NCBI GenBank assembly: GCA_040755995.1
Contig: JBFMAF010000004.1
Span: 70,117 to 134,116, forward strand
DNA length: 64,000 nt
DNA from: Acidobacteriota bacterium
Lineage (GTDB): Bacteria; Acidobacteriota; CAIWXX01
Direction of reading: 5' to 3'
The translations under genes and the position numbers were made by a program. Within the stretch, counting starts at the first letter, position 1. Every line of letters begins with the position of its first letter. A model generated the notes under the pieces. It was not told the origin of the DNA. It searched no databases and saw only the letters and a list, made by a program, of their open reading frames with translations. Below are positions 19,594-30,086 of this stretch, in pieces.

Positions 19594-19625
19594 GGCAGCA
19601 TCTTTTATAGTGCAAGGAGGAGTGT

Positions 19626-20741
19626 ATGAAAAGCGCGTGGATCGTAGTGGCTCTTGGAATGGCTTCAGGGGCGTGGGCGGAAGTGATCGACAAGAAATTC
19701 GAGGTGAGTCCGGGGCAGTTGCTCACGGTGGAGCTCAAGACGGGCGGAGACATAGTCATCCGTGGCGACGGTGGTAATACAGTGTCCGTGAAGGCGGAGA
19801 CCAGCGGTCGCGACGCCGGCAGGATAGAGGTACAGATCGAGAAGACGGCACAGGGCGTTCGCGTGGGGTCGCGCTACTCGGGGTCGAGCCGCAGTACGAG
19901 CGGTTCAGCCGATCTGGAAATCAGCGTGCCTTCGAAGTTCGATGCACAACTGAGCACGATGGGGGGAGAAATAAGCATTGACGGCGTCGAGGGGGACTTC
20001 TCCGGATCGACCATGGGTGGAGACATAGACCTGACGAACCTCACGGGTACCGCGAACCTGTCGTCGATGGGCGGAGACATAGAGGTCGCCGGGTCGCAGC
20101 TGAGCGGCGAAGTCAGCACGATGGGCGGCGACATCGACCTCAAGGACCTCAAGGGCACGCTCAAGGCCAAGACCATGGGCGGAGATGTCGTCTACGACAA
20201 CGTCCAGGTGTCTCAGGCCGATGGCAAGCCGGTCGAGATATCGACTATGGGCGGAGACATCAATGTAGCAAACGCCCCCGCAGGCGCGAAGGTCAAGACC
20301 ATGGGCGGCGACATCACGATCGGCTCCGCAAAGGTGTTCGCCGATGCCACGACCATGGGTGGGGACATCAAGATCGAGGAAATCGACGGATCTGTCAAAG
20401 CGAGCACGATGGGCGGCGATATCGCCGTGGTCATGATAGGCGACCCGGCCGCCGGCGACAGGAGCGTGGACCTCGACACCAAGGGGGGCGAGATTCGTCT
20501 TGCGGTGCCGGCGGCACTCTCGATGGATATCGACATCCAGATCGAATACACGAGGGACAGCAGGTGCGTGTGCAAGATCGTCAGCGACTTCGCGATCAAG
20601 ACCACGGAGACGCCCGAATGGAGCGGCAGCAGGTTCGGCGAACCGCGCAAGACGATCACGGGAACCGGAAAAACCGGCGCCGGCAAGAACAAGATCGTGA
20701 TCCGCGCCGTCAACGGAAGCGTCTATCTGACCAAGAAGTAG
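19626..20741 (+). CDS. DUF4097-like secreted beta-strand repeat protein
   Basis: Signal peptide; about ten regular (S/K/T)TMGGDI repeats; third gene of the ECF operon. Confidence 0.8.
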   Translation: MKSAWIVVALGMASGAWAEVIDKKFEVSPGQLLTVELKTGGDIVIRGDGGNTVSVKAETSGRDAGRIEVQIEKTAQGVRVGSRYSGSSRSTSGSADLEISVPSKFDAQLSTMGGEISIDGVEGDFSGSTMGGDIDLTNLTGTANLSSMGGDIEVAGSQLSGEVSTMGGDIDLKDLKGTLKAKTMGGDVVYDNVQVSQADGKPVEISTMGGDINVANAPAGAKVKTMGGDITIGSAKVFADATTMGGDIKIEEIDGSVKASTMGGDIAVVMIGDPAAGDRSVDLDTKGGEIRLAVPAALSMDIDIQIEYTRDSRCVCKIVSDFAIKTTETPEWSGSRFGEPRKTITGTGKTGAGKNKIVIRAVNGSVYLTKK

Positions 20742-20748
20742 TCGCGCA

Positions 20749-20790
20749 CCGGGCCCGGCGGAGATCCCCCGGGCCCGGCTACCCTTTTCG
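20749..20790 (+). terminator. Probable intrinsic terminator
   Basis: CCGGGCCCGG...CCGGGCCCGG stem followed by a short T run just after the stop codon. Confidence 0.45.
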
Positions 20791-21092
20791 CGACGGCGCG
20801 TGAGGCTTTATCTTCGCGACCGCGATGGATCTCCATGCGGCCCCTGAGACTATCTGCCGAACCCGTTCTGCAGCCTCGAGTGCCGTAGGGACCATGATGG
20901 ACGAAATGACAGCCTGCCGCTACACGTGAATTCGCGCCGATCGCGGATGTAAACAGCTGCACGCGCCGGCGGCCGGCTCGGTCGGTATCATGACACATAG
21001 AAGTGTGCAGCCACCGCACCGACACCGAGCCCATGTGCTATCATGTGTACACGATCTGTCGGCGTCGGGCGGATGGTCAGGCGAGGAGCACA

Positions 21093-22547
21093 GTGGCACG
21101 CGGTCACAAGCTGATTGTCATTGCTCCCGTCGTCGTTGCAGCCGCCTGGCTGACGTACTTCCTCGCGGGATATTCGAGATCGCCCGGCTCAGGCTACGTC
21201 AGCCCCATTGCCGGACTGTACGGAGAGGACGCGGTCGGTCGGGCACTGTTGGATGGAAGGGACTACGATCGTGCGTTGGTCGCTTACTGCGGCGACCCCA
21301 GGCGGATGAGCGTGGAGTTGCTCCAACGGATCCACCGCGCCGGCATCTGGTCGGCTGGAGCACTGGATTTGTGCGACGCTTTTCTCCAGTATTTCCCATT
21401 TGGCGAGACCCGATGGCTGGACCAGCGCGACGAGTATGCCGAGGTTGTCGCCCGCCGCGTCAGATTGCTAGGGAACCTTGGCGCGCAGGTCGATCCTGCG
21501 GGGCAACAAGACATAGCCGCAGCAGCCTTGGGACTGGACCTCGGAACTCTGCGAGTGGGCCAACAACCTGCGCGGAGCGAGTTCGTTGAGAAGCTGGAGG
21601 CCGCGGCGCCGGATATCGTTGCCAGGTTCCCCGCTAGCCACCTTGCGCCATTGGCTGTGGCACAGTGCGCCGAGTCAGCCAAACATAGGATAGCGAAACA
21701 CTCGACCGCCGGCGGAAGCCCCAGGGACTTCGGACAGCTGGACGAATACCTCAGATCTCTGATCACCGCCCGAGCGCCCGGGCGAACGCTGGTCCTGGTC
21801 AAGCTGGCATTGGCGGAGTGCGCAGGAGATGACTCCGCCAGAGCCCGGGACCTGTTCGAGCAAGTGGCTCGGGAAACTGGACTCAAATGGGAAAGGCGAG
21901 AGCTACTGCTCCGAGCAGCGCTGTGTGCTCATGAGGTCGGTCGCGCCGACGACGCCCGGGCCCTCCTGGAGCAGTCTATGGGCATCTTGCGGGAATGCCA
22001 GGCATCATCCGCCGCGAACATCGACTTCTCCAGTCCACTTCTCGATACCGCCGTCGCCTGTTCGAGGCTGGAGGACGATCGATCTGCCCTGGCGCTACTG
22101 GCTGAGATCGATCGACAGTACGCGTGGGGCGAATGCGCGCCGCTCGCACACCTGGCTATGGCTGATATCTTCGAGAAAGCGCGGGCCGAACAGAAGATGA
22201 TCCAGGCCCTCAGGAAGGCAGCAGCAGCGCCGGCTGTCAATACGTTCGCGGACGTCCTGGATGCAAGCAATACGCGCAGCAGAGCGACCGAGCGACTCGG
22301 TCTGTACTACATACGCAGTGGTGAATGGAGCCTCGCTCTGGATTGTTGGAAACGATGGCAACCAACGTCGTGGTGTAGCACCTGCGAGAAGTCGATGATG
22401 AGTGAGCGCAGCAGGTTCATCAGAACGTGCCGCTGGAGGCTTTGTGTTCGTTGGGCAACAGATCACCCGGTCTGGATCTTCACAACGATGGTGATTGTCG
22501 CCGCGGCGGTTCTGTTTGGGTGGCCTCGGTCCCGACCGGCGCCTTAG
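21093..22547 (+). CDS. Hypothetical TPR-like helical protein with N- and C-terminal TM segments
   Basis: Long ORF with Ala/Leu helical repeats; GTG start after AGGAG. Confidence 0.55.
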   Translation: MARGHKLIVIAPVVVAAAWLTYFLAGYSRSPGSGYVSPIAGLYGEDAVGRALLDGRDYDRALVAYCGDPRRMSVELLQRIHRAGIWSAGALDLCDAFLQYFPFGETRWLDQRDEYAEVVARRVRLLGNLGAQVDPAGQQDIAAAALGLDLGTLRVGQQPARSEFVEKLEAAAPDIVARFPASHLAPLAVAQCAESAKHRIAKHSTAGGSPRDFGQLDEYLRSLITARAPGRTLVLVKLALAECAGDDSARARDLFEQVARETGLKWERRELLLRAALCAHEVGRADDARALLEQSMGILRECQASSAANIDFSSPLLDTAVACSRLEDDRSALALLAEIDRQYAWGECAPLAHLAMADIFEKARAEQKMIQALRKAAAAPAVNTFADVLDASNTRSRATERLGLYYIRSGEWSLALDCWKRWQPTSWCSTCEKSMMSERSRFIRTCRWRLCVRWATDHPVWIFTTMVIVAAAVLFGWPRSRPAP

Positions 22548-22724
22548 GAAGGCCTGGGGTCCAGCGCAGGCCTGCGCCGAGGGTTCCTGGCTTCATGCGC
22601 TTCTCTAACCCGAACTGAGGCTCGCTTGGCCCACGCTCGCTGCACACCGCCAACCTACAACTGTTGTCGCAAGATCGGCGCTCACGCGCCTAGCCGTTTC
22701 CCATCAATGCTTCGTCGTGCCCCA

Positions 22725-23876
22725 CTATTCTCCGATCCTCTCGTCAATCCACTCCCTCATCACACTGAGGGCGAGCCCGATATTGCCGATCTGGCAGTGA
22801 TTCTCGGCGTGGTCCTCTCTTGTGAACACCCTATCGGTGACCGACCCAGCCGCCGTGAGGCGCCGGAGTTGCTCGCGATGAAGGCGGAAGGGGATGAAGT
22901 GGTCTTCCCCTGAGGCTAGGACCAGCACATGTTGTCTGACGAGATCCGAGTGGAGGTTCTCCTCGTTGAGTTGAAGGGCGAATTCGAGGGCGGCCATCGG
23001 CTCGTCCACACCAAGGACGTACATCAGATGACTGATGTTCCACGACTCCATACCGCCCTTCCTGATCTTCCACAACGACAGCCGGTTGGTGAGCTCGCGG
23101 AAGTGGTCGTGGAAGAACACGAGGATCGCGGTGGCGGGCGCCCGCGCCACCCTGCGATAGTCGAAAGCGTGTCCCGATGCGATTACCCTTTTTACCCGGG
23201 GTTCGAGTGCCGCCGCCCGCAGTGCGAAGTAGCCCCCCATGGAGAGCCCGATCAAAGTCACGTCATCCAGCCCCAGGCGATCCAGTACGGCCCCGACGGG
23301 CTTCTCCCAGCGGAAGTCGAGTGGCAACCCGGCCTTGCGCCGAGCCGCTCCCTGTCCCGGTCCGTCAAAGCCGATGACCCTGTATCCGGCTGCCGCAAAA
23401 TACAACATCAGGGAATAGAATTCCTCGATGAAGGAGTCATAACCGCCGTGAAGTACAATGTGGCCCCTGGGTTTGCCTTCGGGGCGTATTGCGATGGCCG
23501 GCAGATGCGTCCCGCCGTAAGGAACCTCGAGCCGCTCGATCCCGTGGTCCGCGAAGGCGCGATAGAACGTCTCGGAGAACCGGTCGTACAGAGGCTGCTT
23601 GTCGGGGTCGTCCGGGAACGTGTAGAACTCGGCCGCCCGGTAGTAGAAGGCCGAGTTCACCAGGCGGCCGGCCGCGCGCGCCTCGGCCGCCAGCCGCAGC
23701 ATCTCGGTCTTCCATTCGGCGAATGTGCTGATTCGCCGACCGGCTTCCCGAAGATCCTCGATACGGGCGTAACCCAGCGAGTACGGACGATTCAGCTGGT
23801 AGTTGAACAGCTGATCCTTGTGAAACCGATGGTACCCCACGGGGAAACTGACGCTGCTGGTTCTCTCAGGGTCCAT
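22725..23876 (-). CDS. Alpha/beta hydrolase
   Basis: HGGYDS, DGPGQG, GLSMGG nucleophile elbow, HCQIGN. Confidence 0.9.
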   Translation of the reverse strand: MDPERTSSVSFPVGYHRFHKDQLFNYQLNRPYSLGYARIEDLREAGRRISTFAEWKTEMLRLAAEARAAGRLVNSAFYYRAAEFYTFPDDPDKQPLYDRFSETFYRAFADHGIERLEVPYGGTHLPAIAIRPEGKPRGHIVLHGGYDSFIEEFYSLMLYFAAAGYRVIGFDGPGQGAARRKAGLPLDFRWEKPVGAVLDRLGLDDVTLIGLSMGGYFALRAAALEPRVKRVIASGHAFDYRRVARAPATAILVFFHDHFRELTNRLSLWKIRKGGMESWNISHLMYVLGVDEPMAALEFALQLNEENLHSDLVRQHVLVLASGEDHFIPFRLHREQLRRLTAAGSVTDRVFTREDHAENHCQIGNIGLALSVMREWIDERIGE

Positions 23877-24065
23877 GGTGCTCCGCGCCTCCTGCGGCCT
23901 GCCGCCATGTTATCACACCGTGCGCACACAGCAGGGCGCATTACGACCCGTTATGGCGCGCCGCCAGCACACGGCTCCCGGCGGCTCCCTCCTGCGCCGG
24001 CCCTCCGGACCCACTCGCCGTGTCCGGAATTCAGGACCGCTCAGACGGTCCCGAGATTGCAGCCG

Positions 24066-24557
24066 TCAGTCTTCACACATTGTTCGCTGGCGGCGGAAGA
24101 TCGCGTTGTAGATCATTGACGGAATGCAGATGTCAGTCGTGCTCACAAGCACAGCGACCGCCGTAAGCGCAGCGCCCGCGATGTAACCGGCAACCAGCGC
24201 GCCCGACTGAAACGCCAACGCCGTCGTCACCAGCCAGGCGGCGCCGACGCCGCAAGCGAAACGCGACTGCACGCGGCGCCTGGGCAGCGGGTCGGTATAC
24301 CGCAGATAGCGGATGCCATGATTGTAGATCAGATCGAACGGATGCACCGGAAATATCGCGGCGAGCGCCGCCACGGCAGTCAAGGCCCACAAGATCGCCG
24401 GAGACGCCAACGCCGTTCCCGCCCCGGCCAGGACTGCACACATCCCGAACGCCATCCGAAGCCACGGTGCGACTTCGGCCAGGCTCTCATCGTCCACGTC
24501 GCCGAACCCCTGGACATTCAATCGCCGTCGCGTGGTCATCGATAGTGTATGGTTCAT
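24066..24557 (-). CDS. DUF4395-like membrane protein
   Basis: Hydrophobic helices with HPFD, RFACGVG and DICIPS motifs; GGAGG RBS. Confidence 0.7.
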   Translation of the reverse strand: MNHTLSMTTRRRLNVQGFGDVDDESLAEVAPWLRMAFGMCAVLAGAGTALASPAILWALTAVAALAAIFPVHPFDLIYNHGIRYLRYTDPLPRRRVQSRFACGVGAAWLVTTALAFQSGALVAGYIAGAALTAVAVLVSTTDICIPSMIYNAIFRRQRTMCED

Positions 24558-24611
24558 CTCACTTCCTCCTTGGGTCGATTCTCCTTCGCCCATAGCCGAT
24601 GGGCTGGGCCT

Positions 24612-25403
24612 TCAGGTCACGAGCGTCTTCACGGCTGTCATCATCACGGCCTTGACGCCGTACGCTTCAGCGGCATCCTGCGTCGAATTCTTGCGGAACC
24701 GGAACCCCGGCACCACCGCCGAGCGCACCCGCTTGAAGCCAGTCTCCTCGAGCAACCGGAACATCTCTCCCTCCGGGAGAGCGCCGCCGATTCAGCTCGC
24801 CCAGAGCTTGGGATCATGGACGATCGATTGGGACAGCTGCTTTGCGCTCACAATGTCCGTGATCGAGATCCGCCCGCCCGGCCTCAGCACACGAAGCATC
24901 TCCTCGACCACGCGGCGCTTGCGGAAGGAGAGATTGATCACTCCATTGGAGATCACGACGTCCACTGAGGCGTCGGAGAGCGGGATGGCCTCCATGGATC
25001 CCTCGCGGCATTCCATCCGTGTACCGGCCGCGGTGGCATGGGCTTGGGCCTTCATGCACATGGTGGGGTTCAAGTCCACGCCCACGACGCGGCCCGTCGG
25101 GCCGACGCGCCACGAGGCGACGATCGCGTCAAGACCGGCGCCACTGCCCAGGTCGAGCACGGTCTCGCCCGGCTGCAGGTTGCTGCGCTCGTGTGGGTTC
25201 CCCACCCCGGCGAACGACGCGACCGCAGCGGCCGGCGCACGGTCGAGCAATTCGGCCGCATAGCCGAATCGCTCCGCGGCTTCCCGCCCGTGGAAGAAAT
25301 GGAACGTGCTCTCCGGCTTGTCGGCAACCTCCTGGTACATGCGGATGATCTCGTCCTTGAGGACGACTTCCAAGGACGCCTGGTTTGTGGATAGATCTGT
25401 CAT
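24612..25403 (-). CDS. ArsM-like SAM-dependent methyltransferase, probable selenoprotein (UGA at 24792-24794)
   Basis: VLDLGSGAGLD SAM motif; the frame continues past TGA as LWAS-U-IGGALPE...ETGF...GVKAVMMTAVK to a stop at 24612; SECIS-like hairpin follows the UGA. Confidence 0.85.
24765..24781 (-). promoter_or_regulatory. Candidate bacterial SECIS hairpin
   Basis: mRNA UGA-AUCGGCGGCG-CUCUCCC-GGA-GGGAGAG: perfect 7-bp stem with a G-initiated loop 18 nt after the UGA. Confidence 0.7.
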
Positions 25404-26385
25404 AGTCAAGCTCCTTTCATGATCGGTGAGACCGCCGCTCGCAGCGCGCGATCTGACGCCCGGCTCCACCCGGCGGCTCATACGGGGCTCGCCTGCTGCG
25501 TGGCCGAGGGGCCGACTGTGCATGGCTGCCGCGCAGGCAGGCCGCACGCGCCGACCGGATGCAAGCCGTGGCCAGTCAACGCCTCTGGTCGCAGCTACGC
25601 TCCGCCCTTGCGCTTCACCCCTGATTCAGCGTGACTTGTTCGTCAGCCTGCGTGGGGCTGACCATCTCGGGCACGAGTACCAGGAAGTCGTCCGCCCGTC
25701 CCGTTCGAACGTCCTGAGCCGGCATCCAGTATGTATTGTTCTTCATGTCGCATCCCGATTTCTCGCCCCTTCCTCCAGAAAATACATCGCGTATAGGATC
25801 GTTTCAAGATGTTTGCCATCGAGCGAGGCTGCGCGTCACACCCGTGAGGCCTGTCACGGTTGGAGCGGTGCAGCCTCGAGTCCAAAGTCGAAAGTGAAGA
25901 ACCGCAGGAATTGGGGCCAATTACGCACCGCTCCGAAAACTTGACTCGATCATAACGCGCTTCTCGCCGCAGGCGTTTCAGCGCAGGCGGGGCTGCTCGG
26001 GCCAGTTTTGCTTCCGGGGGTGCATCCGCTGACGCGCGGCGTTCATTCGTCGCGAGCCGTCTGCGGGGCTTCTCCTGATTCAGCGCGTGCGGACCCGTCA
26101 CGGTGGCTCGCGCGTCGTGATGTCCGCGGAGTGGCGCCTCCGACTGCGCCGCGAAGCGGAGGTCTGGCTCGCTCAACTCCTCCCCACTCAGAAGTGCACC
26201 GACGCCGGCGGTCTCCGGCAGCGAGACCCGGCCCCGTTGGGACTGAACTGGTAGCGCTGTTCCCGCGTTTCGTCCCATCCTTGTGAAGCTCGCAACATCC
26301 TCGTTCCGAATTCCGGCACGCATGCCTAGATTCTTCGTGAGCGGGGCCCATCGCCAGTGGGTTCCCCACTACTGCGGAGGAACGG

Positions 26386-28686
26386 ATGAAGGGACGATCT
26401 CAACTGTGGCGGCACCACCGCGGGGTGCGATTGGACCCTCGGGGCGGGTTCACTCCATCCCCGGTCCGGCTATTCGATCGAACCGCGATCGCGGGAATTC
26501 TGGCATTGTCGGTGCTTGCGGGCGCCGACGTTCTAGGGTTCGGCGCAGACATCCCTCCGCTTGTGTTGCCTCGCATAAACGGGCCGGTGACTCTTGACGG
26601 AGTCAGCGATGAGGCGGCCTGGTCCGGTGTCGAGCCGCTGCCTGTGGTCATGCTGATGCCCAACTCCGGCGCTGCTCCTTCCGAGCGGACCGAGGTCCTA
26701 GTGGCGCACGATGACGCTTTCATCTACGTGGCCGGCCGGCTCTTCGACAGCGAGCCGTCGCGGATACAGGCGAATTCGAAGGAGCGTGACTCGCCCGACG
26801 GCAGCAGCGAGTGGTTCGGCGTAGTGATCGATTCATTCAACGACAAGTCGAATGCGCTCGCCTTCTTCACGACGCCAGCGGGTCTGCGTTGGGATTGCGC
26901 TGTGTTGAACGATGCCGAGCCTCCCACGCGGCAGAACGTGAGCTGGAACGCCTTCTGGGATGTCGCCGCCGCGCGGAACGGCTACGGATGGTTCGCCGAG
27001 ATGCGAATACCACTCTCCAGCCTACGCTTCCAGGACGTGAACGGGCGCGTCACCATGGGGCTGATCGCATGGCGGAAGATTGCGCGCAAGGAGGAGTTCG
27101 ATTCGTTTCCGACCATCCCGCCGAAGTGGGGGTTCTGGGGGTTGTTCAAGCCCTCGCAGGCGCGGGAGTGTGTGCTGGAGGGTGTCTACAGTCGCAAACC
27201 CCTGTTTCTCACGCCCTACGCCTTGGGCGGCGCTGGGCACTCGACCGGCTCTGTCCCAGCGGGAGAGGAGCGCGTTCGGACAACGCAGCGCGAGGCGGGG
27301 CTGGATCTCAAGTACGGACTCACCAGCAACCTGACGCTCGACGTCGCCGTCAATCCGGACTTCGCGCAGGTCGAGGCCGATGACCAGCAGATCAACCTCA
27401 CCCGGTTCTCACTCTTCTTCCCCGAAAAGCGGCTGTTCTTCCAGGAACGGTCGGGCACCTTCGATTTCAATTTCGAGTCGTCCGACGGGACGCGTCTTTT
27501 CTACAGTCGTAGAATCGGCACACATGACGGCGAGCTTGTCCGGATCTACGGCGGCGCCCGCCTGGTGGGGAGGGTCGGGCAGTGGGACGTAGGTATGCTG
27601 AACATGCAGACGGCGGCCCTCGACGACGTCCCGTCCGAGAATTTCGGAGTCTATCGGTTGAGGCGCCAGGCGTTCAACCCGTATTCCTACGTGGGTGGGA
27701 TCGTCACTACGCGTCTGGGTAGACGCGGCGACTACAACCTGGCCTATGGGCTGGACAGCTCGGTTCGTCTCTTCGGCGACGACTATCTCACGGCCAAGTG
27801 GGCGCAGACCTTCGAGGACGGTGCGCGCAATAGCCCTCTCTCATTCGATCCCGCCAGGCTGCGCGTCGTCTGGGAGCGGCGCACCAGCAGAGGTTTCAGC
27901 TACTACGGTGCATATTCGCGCGCCGGCCCCGACTACGAGCCGGACCTCGGGTTCGAAGCCCGCAAGGATTTCTCGCTTGTGCGGAGCCAGGCGGCCTACG
28001 GGTGGGTTCCCGGCGAGCCGTCTCGACTTTACAGCCATCAGCTTTCCTTGATCGGGTCGGTCTATCTCCGGAACCAGGACGGATCGGTGGAGTCGGCGGA
28101 GGTCTCGCCGCAGTGGTCTGCCAAGACCAGGTCCGGTTACGAGCTCTACCTGTTCCCGAGCTTCGCTCAGGACGACGTCCGCGAGCCCTTTGAGATAGCC
28201 GAGTCGGTGGTCGTTCCCGTGGGTCGCTATCAGTATGCCTCGGCGGGGGTCGAGATGTGGACGCCCGATGGGAAGCTGCTTTCGACCGGTCTCAACCTGG
28301 ATGCCGGAGGCTTCTATGACGGCTGGCGCGTCGCGGCCCGCGTCAGACCGCGATGGAGCCTGAGTGCGGACCTTCAATTGCAGGGCGACTACCTGTTGAA
28401 CCGGATTGTCTTCCCGGATCGCGGCCAGGAGCTTACGGCGCATCTCGCGAAGGTCCGCGCCCTCTACATGATGAGCACGAAGCTCTCGGCTGCGGCCTTC
28501 GTGCAATACAACAGCACGACCAACGCCGTCATCGCCAACGCCCGGCTCCGCTACAACCCGCGCGAGGGCGTCGATCTCTACCTCGTCTACAACGACGTGC
28601 TGAACACGAACCGTCCGGCCGCCGGGTTGCCGAGGAGCGACAGCCGCGCCGTCTTGCTCAAGTACACCTACACATTCAGCCTGTAG
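26386..28686 (+). CDS. CBM9-like plus DUF5916 outer-membrane beta-barrel protein
   Basis: LDGVSDEAAW, EMRIPLSSLRF, NPDFAQVEAD, FFPEKRLFFQE, FYSRRIG, C-terminal KYTYTF; start uncertain. Confidence 0.82.
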   Translation: MKGRSQLWRHHRGVRLDPRGGFTPSPVRLFDRTAIAGILALSVLAGADVLGFGADIPPLVLPRINGPVTLDGVSDEAAWSGVEPLPVVMLMPNSGAAPSERTEVLVAHDDAFIYVAGRLFDSEPSRIQANSKERDSPDGSSEWFGVVIDSFNDKSNALAFFTTPAGLRWDCAVLNDAEPPTRQNVSWNAFWDVAAARNGYGWFAEMRIPLSSLRFQDVNGRVTMGLIAWRKIARKEEFDSFPTIPPKWGFWGLFKPSQARECVLEGVYSRKPLFLTPYALGGAGHSTGSVPAGEERVRTTQREAGLDLKYGLTSNLTLDVAVNPDFAQVEADDQQINLTRFSLFFPEKRLFFQERSGTFDFNFESSDGTRLFYSRRIGTHDGELVRIYGGARLVGRVGQWDVGMLNMQTAALDDVPSENFGVYRLRRQAFNPYSYVGGIVTTRLGRRGDYNLAYGLDSSVRLFGDDYLTAKWAQTFEDGARNSPLSFDPARLRVVWERRTSRGFSYYGAYSRAGPDYEPDLGFEARKDFSLVRSQAAYGWVPGEPSRLYSHQLSLIGSVYLRNQDGSVESAEVSPQWSAKTRSGYELYLFPSFAQDDVREPFEIAESVVVPVGRYQYASAGVEMWTPDGKLLSTGLNLDAGGFYDGWRVAARVRPRWSLSADLQLQGDYLLNRIVFPDRGQELTAHLAKVRALYMMSTKLSAAAFVQYNSTTNAVIANARLRYNPREGVDLYLVYNDVLNTNRPAAGLPRSDSRAVLLKYTYTFSL

Positions 28687-28823
28687 AGAGCCGGGCGAAC
28701 GAGTCGAGACGACGTCTGGCGCTCTGCGACTCGAACTGGGCACTCGCGGTCTCCGATGCCCCCGTGGAGTATGTCCGCTCCACGTTGCAATTTGGAGGTC
28801 CAAGTGCCAAAATGAGTCTCAGA

Positions 28824-29981
28824 ATGGAGCTAGTAGGGAGATTTTTCGAACCCCCGCGGTCGAGCTTCTTTCTCTTCGGTCCGCGAGGGACCGGCAAGAC
28901 GGTGTGGACGACGGACGCCTTTCCGGATGCCCTCCGCGTCGACCTGCTGGATCCCGAGACCTACAGGCTCTATGGTGCCCGGCCCGAGAGGCTCAGGGAG
29001 ATCGTTGATGGGCATCCGGATGCCAGACAGGTGGTCGTGGACGAGGTTCAGAGAGTGCCTGAGGTACTCAGCGTCGTCCATGAATTGACGCGCCGGCGCG
29101 GCCGATCGCAGCAGTTCATCCTGACGGGATCGAGCTCCAGGAAGCTCAAGAGGACCGGGGTAGATATGTTGGCCGGCCGTGCCGTGGTGAAGACGATGCA
29201 TCCGTACATGGCCGGAGAGCTCTTGGGGCGATTCGACCTGGTGCGGGCGCTGCGTCAGGGACTCGTGCCGCTCGTTGTGGAGTCGCCGGAGCCCGAGGAG
29301 ACGCTCAGGACCTACGCCACGCTCTACTTGCGCGAGGAGGTGCTGTATGAGGGGATAGTCCGTCAGGTCGGCGCGTTCGCGCGCTTCCTCGAGACCATGA
29401 GCCTCTCGCACGGCCGGACTCTGAATACGAGCAACGTAGCGCGCGAGTGCCAGGTAGGCCGCAAGACGGTGGAAGGGTACGTGGCGATTCTGGAGGACCT
29501 GCTGCTCGGCTGGCGGGTCCCGGTATTCGAGCGGCGGACCAGGCGCGAGCTCGCCGCACATCCGAAGTTCTACTTCTTCGATGCCGGCGTATTCCGCTCC
29601 TTGCGCCCCGCAGGACCGCTGGACCGCCCGGAGGAGATCGATGGAGCGGCGCTCGAGGGACTCGTGGCACAACACCTGCGGGCCTGGATAGGGTATCGCC
29701 GGGACCGGCATGACATGTTCCACTGGCGCACCAGATCGGGGGTGGAGGTGGACTTCGTCATCTACGGAGAGACAGGGATCTGGGCCGTGGAGGTGAAGAA
29801 CGCGTCCCGCGTACAATCAGTAGACCTGCGCGGGCTCAGGTCGTTTCGAGACGACTACCCTCAGACCGTGGCCATACTGCTCTACAGAGGACGTGAACGG
29901 CTCCGCATCGGCGGCATCCACTGTGTCCCTGTTGCGGATTTCTTGAAGAGGCTTCACCCGGGCCGAGCGCTGTTCCAATGA
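28824..29981 (+). CDS. AAA_14 ATPase with DUF4143 domain
   Basis: GPRGTGKT, DEVQR, LTGSS, KFYFFDAG, EVDFV...EVK. Confidence 0.9.
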   Translation: MELVGRFFEPPRSSFFLFGPRGTGKTVWTTDAFPDALRVDLLDPETYRLYGARPERLREIVDGHPDARQVVVDEVQRVPEVLSVVHELTRRRGRSQQFILTGSSSRKLKRTGVDMLAGRAVVKTMHPYMAGELLGRFDLVRALRQGLVPLVVESPEPEETLRTYATLYLREEVLYEGIVRQVGAFARFLETMSLSHGRTLNTSNVARECQVGRKTVEGYVAILEDLLLGWRVPVFERRTRRELAAHPKFYFFDAGVFRSLRPAGPLDRPEEIDGAALEGLVAQHLRAWIGYRRDRHDMFHWRTRSGVEVDFVIYGETGIWAVEVKNASRVQSVDLRGLRSFRDDYPQTVAILLYRGRERLRIGGIHCVPVADFLKRLHPGRALFQ

Positions 29982-30086
29982 GCGCGATTGCCGGCAGGCG
30001 GAGGATCGACGCTGCCGCACTTGACAACCAGGCCTGCCCTGACCGCTAATAGCTCCCCGGGTCTTCACTGGAGGATTTTTGCTTTG

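Noticed and set aside
25420..26385. ~1 kb intergenic region with CGCGAGCC/GGCTCGCG inverted repeat and a repeated CCTGATTCAGCG
   Set aside because: No coherent ORF, attC cores or RNA family could be supported by eye.
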